From assembly GCF_006345805.1 (NCBI RefSeq), contig NC_042998.1, positions 50,344,001 through 50,408,000 on the forward strand: 64,000 nt of DNA, given 5' to 3'. This document shows positions 51,165-64,000 of the stretch, in pieces (the stretch's first letter is position 1; each line of letters opens with the position of its first letter). A program made the translations under genes and the position numbers. The notes beneath the pieces are model-generated. The model was given only the letters and a program-made list of their open reading frames with translations, was not told the DNA's origin and ran no database searches. Source of the DNA: Octopus sinensis. Its lineage: Eukaryota.

Positions 51165-52175
51165 GTCTTGTCTAACAGAAATTTATTCACTTTCGTAACG
51201 TTTGTGTGTGTCTATGGATAACATTGAACACATTGTCCAGTGTATTCTGCTACGCTCTGCACCTATTTCTAAGTACCTGACTCAAAATGGCACCCAGTTC
51301 GATTTTACCTTTCTCTCATATAACTCAATAACATGTAAGTATCAGTAATTTTCTGTCCAGCAACTTAATCATCTATACACCATCCATCATCTATGAAAAG
51401 GCTAATTTTGTGCATAAGCATCAAATAGTCTTCATTTTGTTTGCTACATTTATTTCGGTAAATCAAAATTGGATATTTTGCAAGTTTTATTAAAACGGCA
51501 GCCGACCGTGTGATAGGATTAGTACACTGTGCAAAATAAAATAAGAAACATCATACAATAAACCTTCTAAATATATAACATTAATATTGTCTATATTAAA
51601 TATTGTTTGTATTCCGCAATTTATTTAAATGTCTTCTTTTTCAATTGTTTGATTTTTATTGTTCATTTGAATCACACATTATTTTACTTAGCAAAATACA
51701 AAAATAAGGAAAGAAAAACAGAAATGTATTTATTTGCTTTTCTGACATTAGTTTGTGATTTCTTTATCCTTTATCAAAGGAGATAGAACATCTCTCTCTT
51801 TTTTTTTCTCTTTGTTGTCGTCTCTTCCCTCTCATGTACACTCCTCTTTCTATTTCCTCTCTGATTTCATTCCTGCTTCTTAGCTTCCTATTGTTGTCAG
51901 TTAACAGTTTAAGCATTTCTAACAGACAGAAAACCACATATTTTGTGAGCGGAAGAGGGAGGTGGTATAAAGTTGATTAAATCTACCGCAGTCCTCATCA
52001 AGCTCTTTGTCAGCCAACCGAGGAGTGAAGGGCAAAGTCGAGCCCTGTTGGATTTGAATTCAATACGTAAAGAAATGTAACAGACACAGCGAGTCATATT
52101 GGCCAAAATACTATTGATTCACATATCCATCCACTTTTTTAGATAACATATTAATTTCATATACATACATACATA

Positions 52176-52454
52176 CTTTATAATTAGGGTTCAGCAAAGA
52201 TTTGCTTCACCACATACCGAAGTTTAGAAATTGCAGTCAAAAAATCTTAGCTATTCCTTCTAATTTAAAAGGGACTCCCAGAAAAACCAAAGTACTTGAA
52301 AACAATCCACGCAGACAAAGGGGATTGTTTTCAAGTACTTTGGTTTTTCTGGGAGTCCCTTTTAAAGTAGAAGGAATAGCTAAGATTTTTTGACTGCTAT
52401 TTCTAAACTTCGGTATATAGTGAAGCAAATCTTTGCTGAACCCTAATTATAAAG
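52176..52454. mobile_element. Palindromic MITE (TA-flanked, Tc1/mariner-type)
   Basis: ~135-bp arms with few mismatches and an ~11-nt loop; TA on both sides (52174-52175, 52455-52456). Confidence 0.85.
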
Positions 52455-53114
52455 TATTACTTAAGCTTACCATGAAATGGTCTTTTTTATGCCGAATTCT
52501 ACTTGGTAAAATTACTGATTACTTCTTAATTAATTAATTTTACCTTTGTTATTATATATATATATACATATATGAAATCATATCTTTGAAGACGAAATAT
52601 GATGTTAGTCAAGACAAATGTCGCAATTTCTTCCCAAAGCCCACGTCCCTACATTATCGCACCAATGTCTTTCACTTTATATGCCACATCTCTGGAGTGA
52701 ACTTCTGCTTAGAAGAGACTGCGATTTTTCTCATCAGCAAGCTAAAGTCTCGAAGGGACAAATATTGGTACTAACTCATGATTTTGTCGAAGAGCGACAC
52801 TCAGCAAGGTGTACTTATTTGTGAGGTCCACAATATATTTTTTCCCATTAGTTGTATGTAATAGCCGTTTAATGGTCTTGAATCCTCGTATGGATTTTTA
52901 AAAGTTCGGTTTGTATCACATATCCAAGCATTGACCCATCTGTTACAATCTGCACAGGACATTGTCTTCTGGATGAGAAAATCATCTTTTGAGTTCATCA
53001 TGGTATCGAAAATCATTCCCACGTTTAAAATATCGCCGAAGACTTTAATTTGAAGTTTGTCTTATGATGTCGAAAGATTCATATTTTGTGCGGCGAGGTA
53101 ATCATTTATGTATA

Positions 53115-53340
53115 TATTTCTTTACTACCCACAAGGGGTTAAACATAGAGGGGACAAATAAGGATAGATTAAGTCGATTACATCGACCCCAGTGCGTAAC
53201 TGGTACTTAATTTATCGACCCCGAAAGGATGAAAGGCAAAGTCGACCTCGGCGGAATTTGAACTCAGAACGTAACAGCAGACGAAATACCGCTACGCATT
53301 TCGCCCGGCGTGCTAACGTTTCTGCCAGCTCGCCGCCTTA
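53115..53340 (-). mobile_element. Young family-A SINE, full length
   Basis: 16-bp TSD TAATCATTTATGTATA at 53099-53114 and 53341-53356. Confidence 0.92.
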
Positions 53341-54236
53341 TAATCATTTATGTATAGCCTTACATATTTTGCTGCAGCTGCAAAGGAGACCAGTAGCTTT
53401 TGTACAATATGTAAGAAATTAGGAATGTGTTCAAGATGATCTGAAAATTTTATATCAGTCTCATATATGAATGAATAGTGTGAGCATTGTTGAGGAGTAA
53501 CTTGAAGACCTTAACTATATATTATATTTACCAATATTCCAAGGACAATAACAAAATGAAAGGACGTTAAATTATCGCCTTGAAGCATTCTTGTAACAAC
53601 ACGAAAAGTCTGTTACAGCATCGGCAATAAGAACAGTGGATTTCTATGTGTATTCTAATGGCATCATACAGCTGTTGTATCTCAAATATTTTTGTTCTGT
53701 TAACTGAATCGGAAACGTTTTTAAACTCCGCTGTTATTAATACTGCTTCTAGTATTAGAGAGTTAGTTCTTCAATGAATTATCAAATTGTTAATATCTCG
53801 TTCACTGTTGATCTACCAGGATGAAAACCATATTGATTTTTTCTTTAGAATTTCTACATTAATGGGTAAGAGATGATTTAATATTTTCCGTGTAGTTTCT
53901 TTTATCTTTTAACTTGTACTTGTTTCAGCTACTGTACTGCGGCCATACTGGAGCAATAAGTACTACTTATTTTATCAGTTTCTTTCGGCAAACTGCAAAG
54001 TTACGGAAACGTCGACTAACCCATACTGATTTTCAAGCGGTGGTGCGACACACACACACACACGCACACACACGCGCGCACACACACATGCACACATATA
54101 TATATGCATATATAAAGATATAAATAAATATACATATCATGTGATCAACCAGACTATCGAATTTTGTTATACATTGCTCTTTACAATACTCCTTTGCATC
54201 GTTTTAGCTTTTGAATGTTGCCACTCCGCTCGCTGT

Positions 54237-54537
54237 GGAGGCACATGGCCTAGTGGTTAGAGCAGCGGACTTGCGGTCGAGTGACCACGCGTTCGAATCT
54301 CAGACCGGGCGATGTGTGTGTTTATGAGCGAAACACCTAAGCTCCACGCGGCTCCGGCAGAAGGTAATGGCGAACTTCTGCTGACTCTTTTGCCACAACT
54401 TTCTCTCACTGTTTCCTCCTGCATCTTGCAGCTCACCTGCGACGGACCGGCGTCCCATCCAGATGGGGAACCTATACGCCAAGGAAACCGGGAAACCGGC
54501 CCTTATGAGTCAGGCGTGGCTCGGGAAGGAAGAAGGA
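54237..54537 (+). mobile_element. SINE, B-like head + D-type tail
   Basis: ggaggcacatggcctagtgg head; ggaaaccgggaaaccggcc tail; TSD ACTCCGCT at ~54223-54230 and 54538-54545. Confidence 0.88.
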
Positions 54538-54599
54538 ACTCCGCTGGCTAGGTGAGCAGGCCAACATTGCCCTTGATCAGTGGGCTAGTCCATCGTGAG

Positions 54600-54930
54600 A
54601 TTACTCATTTACAGCTGAGTGGACTAGAGCAACGAATAATGAAGTGTTTTTCTCAAGAACACAACCTCACGCGCAGTCTGAGAATCGAAACCACAACCTC
54701 ACGATCGTGAGTACAACACAACTAACCACTAGACGCATTTCCAAGTTGCCACGCAGTGCGACTGAATCTGAAACTACGTGGTTTGGAAGCAAACTATAGG
54801 CCTTCGTTTATACCAAGACAAAATATGTACATGATAACACTTCCGATCTCAGATAAGATCAGAAGCCATAAGAGTACTGCATCAAGTGGTAACCCCAGCA
54901 TGGCCACAGTCTAATGACTGAAACAAGGCA
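54600..54930. mobile_element. Nested SINE fragments (D/E-type head -, C head -, C tail +)
   Basis: gagtggactagagcaacg...caagaacacaac, ccacgcagtgcgactgaa and catggccacagtctaatgactgaaac. Confidence 0.6.
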
Positions 54931-54934
54931 AATC

Positions 54935-54972
<38 letters not shown>

Positions 54973-54973
<1 letters not shown>

Positions 54974-55266
54974 TTGTTTTGACCATGGGATTGCACCTAC
55001 GATATTCCTTTCCGAGGTACAAATTGTTTATAGAAGACCAGCAGTTGTTCATGCATACCAGCCTCCTCTCTCCACGCCACCGATGTTATCCAAGGGAAAG
55101 GCAAAGGCTGATACAGCTTGGCACCAGTGTCATCGCAACTCATTTCTAAAGCTGAGTGAACTGGAGCAACATGAAATAAAGTGTCTTGCTCGAGAACACA
55201 ACACACAGGCCGGTCCGGGAATCGAGCTCAAAACCTCGTCGCTCTGAACACTGAGCCATGCGCCTT
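54973..55266 (-). mobile_element. SINE E
   Basis: aggcgcatggctcagtg head; collinear with 40230-40532, with a small head deletion. Confidence 0.8.
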
Positions 55267-56183
55267 TTAAAGATAACACTTAGTCATCTGAAGCTGTTGA
55301 ATATGTTCCACTATATATGGACATGCTTCTACATCATTCTACACGAGTTCTAATTTATTCGATATGATCTGGAGTCGTTCTGTTTATTTTTTGTATCAGA
55401 AAGTTCATTCTGTTGTGTCTGGGGAGAGTAATTTTCTTTTTGTGCCTTATAATGTAACACATTCACCGGTAAGATCTCCACTTATTTCTTATTTTTATTT
55501 TCCTAAAATTTTCGTTGCGTCTTGCAAGCTTTTCGATAGTCTTGACTCATAAAGAATCTTGCAAATCAAATCCAAAAAAGTTCATTCTGCTATCTTCTTT
55601 GTCTCAAAATACTCAACAAATGTTTTTATGTTCATAATTTCCGATGTTCAAATTTCTTTTCTAATTTTTCTCTTTGGTAAATCTAATCAGTATATATAAT
55701 ACGTTGTCATCAATGTATATCTAATACGCTCTATATATTAATTACTCGGCTTCACTATATTCCACTATTACTTTTATATTCAACTTACTGAGAAGTACCG
55801 TATATTCAACTTTAGCCTATTCAGTTATTATACTACATTCATTATTTCTTGATGTAAGCAGGACAAAAAAAAATTAAAAAACAGAAATAATTTCAAATTA
55901 CAGATTGAAAATTCAAAAGACAAGATGTGTTGGTGTTTCCTCGTATCTATGCATGAAATATTGTTTTTCAGAAACTTTTGTAATGAGCGTTAATAATAAT
56001 AGTTATTATGTACATGTATAGATTTTCCCATGAACATGTCAAATATATTGTAAATGTGCTGCTTTTGCATAAATAAAGCCTGCTACGGCTTGAAAACATT
56101 TAGACAATGCATGCAACCAGTTTGTTAGAACATGTACCTATGTACAAATATGCACACATTTTGGTAATTTTGAATTCCTATAT

Positions 56184-56402
56184 ACTCATTTACTTGTTTC
56201 AGTCATTTGACTGTGGCCATCCTGGAGCACCGCCTTTAGTCGAGCAAATTGACCCCAGGACTTATTCTTTGTAAGCCTAGTACTTATTCTATCGGACTGT
56301 TTTGCCAAACCGCTAAGTTACGGGGACGTAAACACACCAGCATCGGTTTCAAGTGATGTTGGTGGGGATAAACACAACACACAAACATACACACACACAC
56401 AC

Positions 56403-56436
<34 letters not shown>

Positions 56437-56602
56437 TACGACGGGCGTCTTTCAGTTTCCATCTACCAAATCTACTCACAAGGCTCTGGTCGGCCCGAGG
56501 CTATAGTAGAAGACACTTGCCCAAGGTGCCACGCAGTGGGACTGAACCCGGAACTATGTGGTTCGTAAGCAAGCTACTTACCACACAGCCACTTTTACGC
56601 CT
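56184..56602 (-). mobile_element. SINE family C, full length
   Basis: Collinear with 36548-36964. Confidence 0.92.
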
Positions 56603-58132
56603 ATATATGTACAACATTTGTGAAATTAGGCAGAGAATTTATAGTAGAAAATAACATAATGTAGAATAACGAGTAAATCACTGACGACGACATATCGTGC
56701 ATATTAAAAGTAATAAAACCTCTATAATATTTTGGGAGTGATAAATATAATTTTCGTATTTTGTTATTTGGCACTTTTATTTACGTCCTCATACTCTCAT
56801 CATTAGCAACTTTCATCATGTACATTTTTCAACAATACCTCCAATTGGAAAAATCGAACATTCATACATACAAACCGAAATATTGTAATTATCAGAAAGT
56901 CAAATAAAATATTCGCCGTCATTATTAACAATTCGGGTAGTCTAGTAATTATAAGAATAACGACACAAGCAAATACTTCGAATATTGTAGAAAAGAAGCA
57001 GTATTCATGGCAAATTGTGAGTGAATCGTCAATATGAAAAGGAACACCATGTTTGATGGAAAAGATGTATTTTTCTTGAGCAGTTGACCCAGTTTCGATC
57101 AAATACATTTGAATATCAACCCGGTTTTGCTTCTGTGCATTTACTATGCAGCAGGAACTACAGAGAGAATATGCATTGCATAAACATATGTGATTATATA
57201 TAGATAGATAGATAGAGAAAGGGAGAGGTAACATATGCAAGTATATTATACATACATACGTTATGAGAAAAGTTTTCGAAAATTAATAAGTATGAATTAT
57301 GTAACAGATGTATAAAAAATGTACATAAAGTGAAGCAAAGAAAGAAAGAAAGGGTTGTTGCTCATAATGAAAGTCAATCTTGTATTGAAATTAAACGATC
57401 TAAACTAAACAGAATATATATATATATATATATATATACAACTTATAAACAAGGGCAAAAGAAAATTATTTCTATGCCAATATGCTGATAACAGACTTTT
57501 TTAAATCGTTAATTTCCACATATTATTATATACTCACTACAGAAATACGTTGTGCTGAAATCGAGGAAAGTTAGCCATCAGGATTTTTTTTAAAAAGTTC
57601 GTTATGTCTATATTGAATCAATTTCGGAATTAATCTCATAATAGATTTTTCCTCGTCAGTAGAAAATACGAATAGAAATAAATGAAATACTTACATGCAC
57701 CCATGGAAAAAAAAAAACGAAGCAAAAGTCATGAGTACACACAAGTACCCCAGATATATCTAAATATAAAATCCTTTGGTTAGCCTCAGCACACGTGTGA
57801 GAAAGGAAAATGGCTACCTGCTAGATTTTATAAAATCTCGATGCAATAGAATACAGGTTTGACCAGTATCGGATTTGAACATAGAAATATGTGTAATGAT
57901 GATTAACATAGCCCAAGGCCACACAATATTTGAGAGGGGATTTATTTTAATAAGAATTACTGATGTAAATGCGATGTCTGAGATATCGAAAGTGTTAGTG
58001 AAGTGAGATGAAGCAGTTTGTGTTAGGAAACCAAATTTAATAAGAGACAGAAAAAAAACTAGGTTCGTTATAATCGTTTATACTTCTGCCTCCAAATATA
58101 TTTTAGGAATACTTATTATTTAGATTAATTAA

Positions 58133-58745
58133 GGCGGTAGGTAGTCAGAATCATTAAGCGCGTCGGAAAATATGCTTACCGGCAGTTATTCTGGGTTTTC
58201 ACGTTTTGAGTTCGAATTACACCATAGGTGATTTTACCTTTCATCCTTTCGGGGTCGATAAAATAAAGTAACAGTCAAGTTACTGGAGTCGTTGAAATCG
58301 ACTAATCCTCTCCCTTAAAATTCATGGTCTTTGCTCACATTTGAAAGAAAATTTATTATTTTGATTAATAAGGTGGTTAGCAGGTAGATTCGTTATTATG
58401 CTAAATAACATGCTTTTCTGTATTCGTTCCGGGATTTTTACGTTCAAATCCCGCCACGGACGACTTTGTTTTGTTTTTTTTCGCTTCGGATTTTATAAAA
58501 TAAGTACAAACTGAGCATCAAAATTACTGACCTTGTGCCAAAATTAGAAAGAATTATATAAATATATAAATTAAGACGGAGTGCTGGCAGAATAGTCAGT
58601 ACGCTGGTTAAAATGTGTAGCGGCATTTCTTCTGGCTCCTTAAGTTCTGAGATTAATTTTACCATACATGCTTTCAGGATCGATAAAATCAAGTACTGGG
58701 GGCGACGTAATCTATTAACCGTTGATGTAAAAATTTGAAACAAAT
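58133..58745 (+). mobile_element. Three tandem old family-A SINEs
   Basis: Heads at ~58133, ~58372 and ~58576; body cctttcatcctttcggggtcgataaa. Confidence 0.7.
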
Positions 58746-59055
58746 ATGATTAAAAGAGGGACTTCATCATTATTACATGTCGAACGAATTATTCAACCCT
58801 CTTATTAATTTTTTTTTTTTTTTGTTCATGTGATGAAGATAGAAATTATTTTTATGAGTATTATTATATCTTGAAATGGCCAGATTGCCATAGCAAAGCG
58901 TTGCAAAGTATCAAGTTTTAACCGGATTAATTGCTGTACAGAAAAAAATATTCTTGTACCAATTTTACTAACAGAAAGCTTCTGCATTGTTTGAGGAATC
59001 CATTCTCGTTGTCTAGAATAAAAGAAAGTTGTGTCCTTAGACTTATCTGAATTCC

Positions 59056-59467
59056 TTTACACACTTTACACTTTTACTTGTTTCAGTCATTTGACTGTGG
59101 CCATCCTGGAACACCGCCTTTAGTCGAGCAAATCGACCCCAGGACTTATTCTTTGTAAGCCTAGTACTTAATTCTATCGGTCTCTTTTCCCGAACCGCTA
59201 AGTTACGGGAATGTAGACACCCCAGCATCGGTTGTCAAGCGATGTTGGCGGGGACAAACACAGACACACAAACGTATACACACACATACATATATATATA
59301 TTACGACAGACTTCTTTCAGTTTCCGTCTACCAAATACACTCACAAGGCTTTGGTCGGCCCGAGGATATAGCAGAAAACACTTGCCCAAGGTGCCACGCA
59401 GTGGGACTAAACCCGGAACCATGTGGTTGGTAAGCAAGCTACTTACTACACAGCCACTCCTACGCCT
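59056..59467 (-). mobile_element. SINE family C, full length
   Basis: Collinear with 36548-36964. Confidence 0.92.
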
Positions 59468-59821
59468 ATATAATTTTATATAAATCGCCATTTGTGAAAT
59501 GAATATTGAGATAACACGCCTCCAAATTATTTTTATACGGAAGGGAAATATGGAATTTAAAATATAATAGCTAAGGAAATGTTTAAATAAGGAACAGATA
59601 ATGAAAGAATAAGACAATGGAAGTTACAGAAACAGAATTGTATTAGAAAGATTAATTTCAAGTGAGGTAATATATATTTCCACTTCAACGTGGGGGATCT
59701 CTTTGAACAGATTTTTACTACGGTAGATACCATAAGAAAAGCTCTCATATGGGTTTTCGGTGCAAAATGTACGCTTGTGTATATCTCTAGCGGGAGTATA
59801 AATCACCACCAACTCCAGCGT

Positions 59822-60104
59822 GGAGGCGCAATGGCCCAGTGGTTAGGGCAGCGGACTCGAGATCGTAAGAACGCGGTTTCGATTCCCAGACCGGGCATTG
59901 TGAGTGTTTATTAAGCAAAAACACCCAAGCTCCACGAAGCCCCGGCAGGGAGGTGGTGGTGAACCCCGCTGTACTCTTTCACCACAACTTTCTCTCACTC
60001 TTTCTTCCTAATTCTGCCACAAAGCAGAGGAACCATGGTGTAACCCACTATGGTGTGGTAAACTTTCAGACCCTGATTGGAAGAAGAAGAAGAAGAAGAA
60101 GAAG
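59822..60104 (+). mobile_element. SINE head B + short tail type 2 with (GAA)n
   Basis: Matches 9644-9893, then joins directly to tgattgg(aag)n. Confidence 0.85.
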
Positions 60105-60689
60105 CTACTGTACCTTCAATAACAACAGGCACCAGACATGCTGCAATCATACTTTGCAACGCTTCTTATTGGTTGGCTTGTACCCAGCCTAGAGGTAACT
60201 TACCATTTAACTTATCATGCAGCTGATGTCTCAGAATTGTTTACTCTTTAAACAAGTATGTTTCCTTACAACAACAAATACACATTTCTATAAATTTACC
60301 TAGTGGTTTGTTCGCCAATATTTCGGTAAGTTGCCGCAAGATATAGAAATAGTTTTCACAATGTATTTAATCAACGTCACGAAAAAATATACAGCTAGAT
60401 TATCGTGTCAAAAGGAGAACATTTTCATTGATATTTCTTCATTGTGTTTTCTTTTTAAAAAGATCTGTTTCAATATATAATAGTGCCAGAGAGAGACGAA
60501 TCATGAATGGGTTTTGGTTGTTTTCTCTATGAAACTCATGAAATTCAAAAATTAGTAGACGGGGAGGCGAAATTTTTGTAACCTTTATATTATTCTAAAA
60601 GGTAAAATCAAATGAAAATTAAAACTACGATCATAGATCTAAATCGGAAGTGTAACAGTTTGTCTTATAATCTATGATGTTACCAGGGT

Positions 60690-61075
60690 CCAGGCGTGGC
60701 TTTGTGGTAAAACGTTCGCTTCCAGGTTCAGTCCCATTGTCTGGCACCTTGGGAAAGTGTTCTTTTTTTTCTATGACAGCCCCGAGCCGGTCAAAACATC
60801 GTGAATGGATTTGGTAGATGGAAACTAAAAGAAAACGCCCGTAATATATGTGTGCGTGTGTGTGTGTATCCCCACAAACTGGTACTTGAGAACCGGTGTT
60901 TGTTTGTTTAAGTCCGCATAACTTAGCAGGTCGGCAAAAATATAACCGATATAATAAGTACGAGGCTTTGAAAATAAAGAAAAAATAAATAGTAGACCTG
61001 TCAAGTCGATGTTCGAGCAAGGCCGAAACAATTATAGGATAAAAGATAAAAGTCGATAATGTGAGAAGTAACATA
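60690..61075 (+). mobile_element. Old family-C SINE
   Basis: ggcgtggctttgtggtaa head and ggatttggtagatggaaact body. Confidence 0.7.
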
Positions 61076-61178
61076 AATCAATAAATAAATTACAATGTAG
61101 ATTAACAACACAACCTGCCCTAAGTATTGACGTGGAAGGAAATATTTGACTATTCACCTCCATTCTCTAAGACTGTAA

Positions 61179-61415
61179 AAGGCGGCGAGCTGGCAGAACC
61201 GTTAGCACGCCGGGCGAAATGCGTACCCGTATTTCGTCTGCCGCTACGTTCTGAGTTCAAATTCCGCCGAGGTCCACTTTGCCTTTCATCCTTTCGGGGT
61301 CGATAAATTAAGTACCAGTTAAGCACTGGGGTCGATGTAATCGTCTTAATCCGTTTGTCTCTCCTTGTTTGTCCCCTCTATGTTTAGCCCCTTGTGGGTA
61401 ATAAAGAAGCATCTA
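61179..61415 (+). mobile_element. Young family-A SINE, full length
   Basis: 11-bp TSD TAAGACTGTAA at 61168-61178 and 61416-61426. Confidence 0.92.
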
Positions 61416-61689
61416 TAAGACTGTAACACAATATTTGTTCTTGGGTAGTAACTGTTATTTCTTATTTGCTAATCCCTAGAAAGTATGAGAAATGGATATT
61501 TCCTTCAAACTTTGCTTTTGTTTCATTTATTCAAATCCCAAAGAAACCCTCTCAACACATGTCTACGATGCTCCCCACTACTCCTGCTCGAGATCAGAGA
61601 TGCACATATCGTCAGCCACAAAGGGACATGCTCAAGTGGTTAAGGTCAAGCAACTGATAAGCAAATCTGTGGTATTGAGCAGAATATTT

Positions 61690-62385
61690 GCAGAATCGTT
61701 AGCATGCCGGGCGAAATGCGTATCCGTATTTCGTCTGCCGCTACGTTCTGAGTTCAAATTCCGCCGAGGTCGACTTTGCCTTTTATCCTTTCGGGGCCGA
61801 TTAAATAAGTACCAGTTACGCACTGGGGGTCGATATAATCGACTTAATCCGTTTACCTGTCCATGTTTGTCCTCTCTGTGTTTAGCCCCTTGGGGGTAGT
61901 AAAGAAATAGGTATTTCGTCCGTCTTTACGTTCCTAGTTCAAATCCTGGTGAGGCCTACATTGTCTCTCATCCTTTCGGGATCGTTGAAAAAAGTACCAG
62001 TTGCGTACTGGGATCGATCTCATCGACTGGCTCTCTCCCCCAGAAAGATTTCTGGCCTTATGTCTAAAGTAGAAAAGTATCATTAGCACCCCAGGAAAAT
62101 TGCTTAGCAGTATTTTTGACCTTGCCTTTCATCCTGGGATCGATATAATCGACTTAATCCCTTTGTCTGTCCTTGTTCGTCCTCTCTGTGTTTAGCTCCT
62201 TGTGGGTAGTAAAGAAATAGGTATTCCGTCCGTCTTTACGTTCTGAGTGCAAATCCCGCCGAGGTCTATTTTGCCGTTCATACTTTAGGGGTCGATGAAA
62301 AAAGTACCAGTTGAACACTGGGGTCGATATAATCAATTTAGTCCTTCCCCACAAATTTCAGGCTTTGTTCCTATATTATTGCTTT
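61690..62385 (+). mobile_element. Two young-A/old-A composite SINEs in tandem
   Basis: Young tail aaagaaatag abuts old-type gtatt(t/c)cgtccgtctttacg at 61910/61911 and 62220/62221. Confidence 0.85.
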
Positions 62386-62496
62386 TGTTATTATTGTTTT
62401 ACTATTTGGCAATTCAAAAGACAAATACCATTTCAGACGAATTTCCGAAACACTCCCTCAAAACTGAAAACGTATCAAAGAGATACCATTTGACAA

Positions 62497-62528
62497 GTAA
62501 CTACTACTACTACTACTACTACTGCTGC

Positions 62529-62558
<30 letters not shown>
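62497..62558. repeat. (CTA)n(CTG)n trinucleotide repeat
   Basis: Visible directly. Confidence 0.95.
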
Positions 62559-62559
<1 letters not shown>

Positions 62560-63324
62560 CGCGTACTATACTCTCTGCATGACGCTTTTGCGATTATATT
62601 CTTGAAATAGCAACCCTCTTCACTTTTCTTGCTTTCTAATTTTTTAATTCCTGAAACTTTCTTTGCAGTTTCGGTTCTCTTCAATTGTATGCAATTGACA
62701 ATGTTATGATAGCGTACGGTTTGTTTCATTTTTAAGTTGGTTTGAGTAATTCTTTACCAATTTTTTTTCTCCCTTTTCTCATATATGTTCTTTTGTTGAA
62801 AAGAGCATTACAAGTAGGTTCATATATTGTAACATACTTATGGTCCTTTCAATGTACGTTTTCAATATGTGTGTGTGTGTGTGTGTGTGTGTTGGCGTGT
62901 GTGTACTTCGCTTGTTGAGTGTGCATGCAAGTGTATATGGCTGCATGTGTTGGATTTGTGTGCGTTTGGCTACATGTATGTAAATAAGCATGTATGAAGA
63001 AACGGCAAGAGAGAAAGAAAGAGAGAGACAGATTCAGGGAAAGAGGGAGATGCAGAGACAGAGAAATGAAATGAGAGGTGGTAATAGCGTTAGTACAAAG
63101 TTTTGAATTGTCGTTTTTTTGCCCTCGCGCACGTATTGAAGCAATTTTTTTTCTTCCTTTGTCGCAATTTGTACTGAAGTTAAATACACAAATACGAACA
63201 CATACATATTTATTACACGCACATACATAGACATATTTATTACACGCACATACATAGACAACTTTCTCTTCTCACCCCACCTCCCCCTCTCTCTCTCTTT
63301 CTCTCTGTTTTTCGCAGTATTCTT

Positions 63325-63520
63325 TTATTCTTTTATTTGTTTCAGTCATTTTTACTACGGCCATGCTGGAGCACCGCCTCAAAGTTTTTTTTCTTAGTCG
63401 AAGAAATCGACCCAAAGCCTTATTCTTTGTAAGCCTGACACTTTTTCTATTGGGCTCCTTTGACGAACCGCTAGATTACAAGAACGTAAACACACCAACA
63501 TCGGTTGTCAAGCGATATGT
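63325..63520 (-). mobile_element. Family-C SINE 3' half
   Basis: catgctggagcaccgcc and aacatcggttgtcaagcgat motifs. Confidence 0.75.
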
Positions 63521-63720
63521 TTGTCACATATTTCAACTGCTAAAAGGCAAATATACTGCAGTTTCCGTGGAGAAAAATGTCTCTCTAATGGTAAAAGGTA
63601 TGAAAACACCCATTTCGTTCAGTGTCGCCATGTGTTAGGAATGTCAGTCATCGATGTTTCGATTTTTTTTACTCTTGTCAATGAGATTTACCTAAGAGAG
63701 ACAACTCTGAACGAATATAT

Positions 63721-63971
63721 ATATACAAAAATTAGGGAATGAAGTAGATAAAATCCAGGCTACATATGTTTCATAGTTAGTGGAACGTTAGAAGTAGTAA
63801 GTAGGGGATCTCTAACGGCAATGTAGACTTCATGTAATCAAAATATCCTTGGCCTGAAGAGTAGCTTATGGTCTACCCTTCGTTTGAATAATTACTACTT
63901 CCGAGTTTCCACTGGCTATGAAGCATATGTAACCTGGATTATATCTACTCCCATCCATAATTTTGGGATAT
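63721..63971. mobile_element. Diverged MITE with ~65-bp inverted termini
   Basis: agtagataaaatccaggctacatatgtttcatagttagtggaa vs reverse complement agtagatataatccaggttacatatgcttcatagccagtggaa; the arms fade into TA-rich flanks. Confidence 0.75.
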
Positions 63972-64000
63972 TTATATGGATAAACAACAACTATGAAATA

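Noticed and set aside
56803-57240. 145-aa hydrophobic ORF on the minus strand
   Set aside because: Begins in a microsatellite, has no recognisable motif, and hydrophobicity is expected from AT-rich DNA.
61440-61692. Segment that looks like a dispersed repeat
   Set aside because: Single copy in this window with no termini or TSD visible; cannot be supported without a database.

Overview
AT-rich, microsatellite-laden, essentially non-genic eukaryotic DNA. The SINE families and microsatellite load match what I recognise from Octopus genomes (inference, no database check). I could not support any host protein-coding exon, tRNA/rRNA gene or CRISPR array; almost all ORF-track entries are microsatellite or SINE artefacts. 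The window holds roughly 50 tRNA-derived SINE copies or fragments built from shuffled head/body/tail modules; my working labels are A-G. It also holds a head-to-tail array of three RLE-type (R4/Dong-like) LINEs separated by (TAA)n tracts at 28.9-34.7 kb; one of these has a near-intact RT + CCHC + PD..D..K endonuclease ORF. Other elements are RTE-type LINE 3' ends, decayed Tc1, maT-like and mariner transposons, a HINE/Helitron-like element, several MITEs (piggyBac-like, Merlin/MULE-like, TA-flanked palindromes), Penelope-type repeats with hammerhead-ribozyme-like motifs, minisatellites and a 100-N gap. Leads most worth following: (1) SINE insertions recur at one ~10-bp site inside the head of family-A SINEs; (2) the TAA landing-pad LINE array; (3) variant minimal hammerhead motifs, including a face-to-face pair in a 270-bp inverted repeat.
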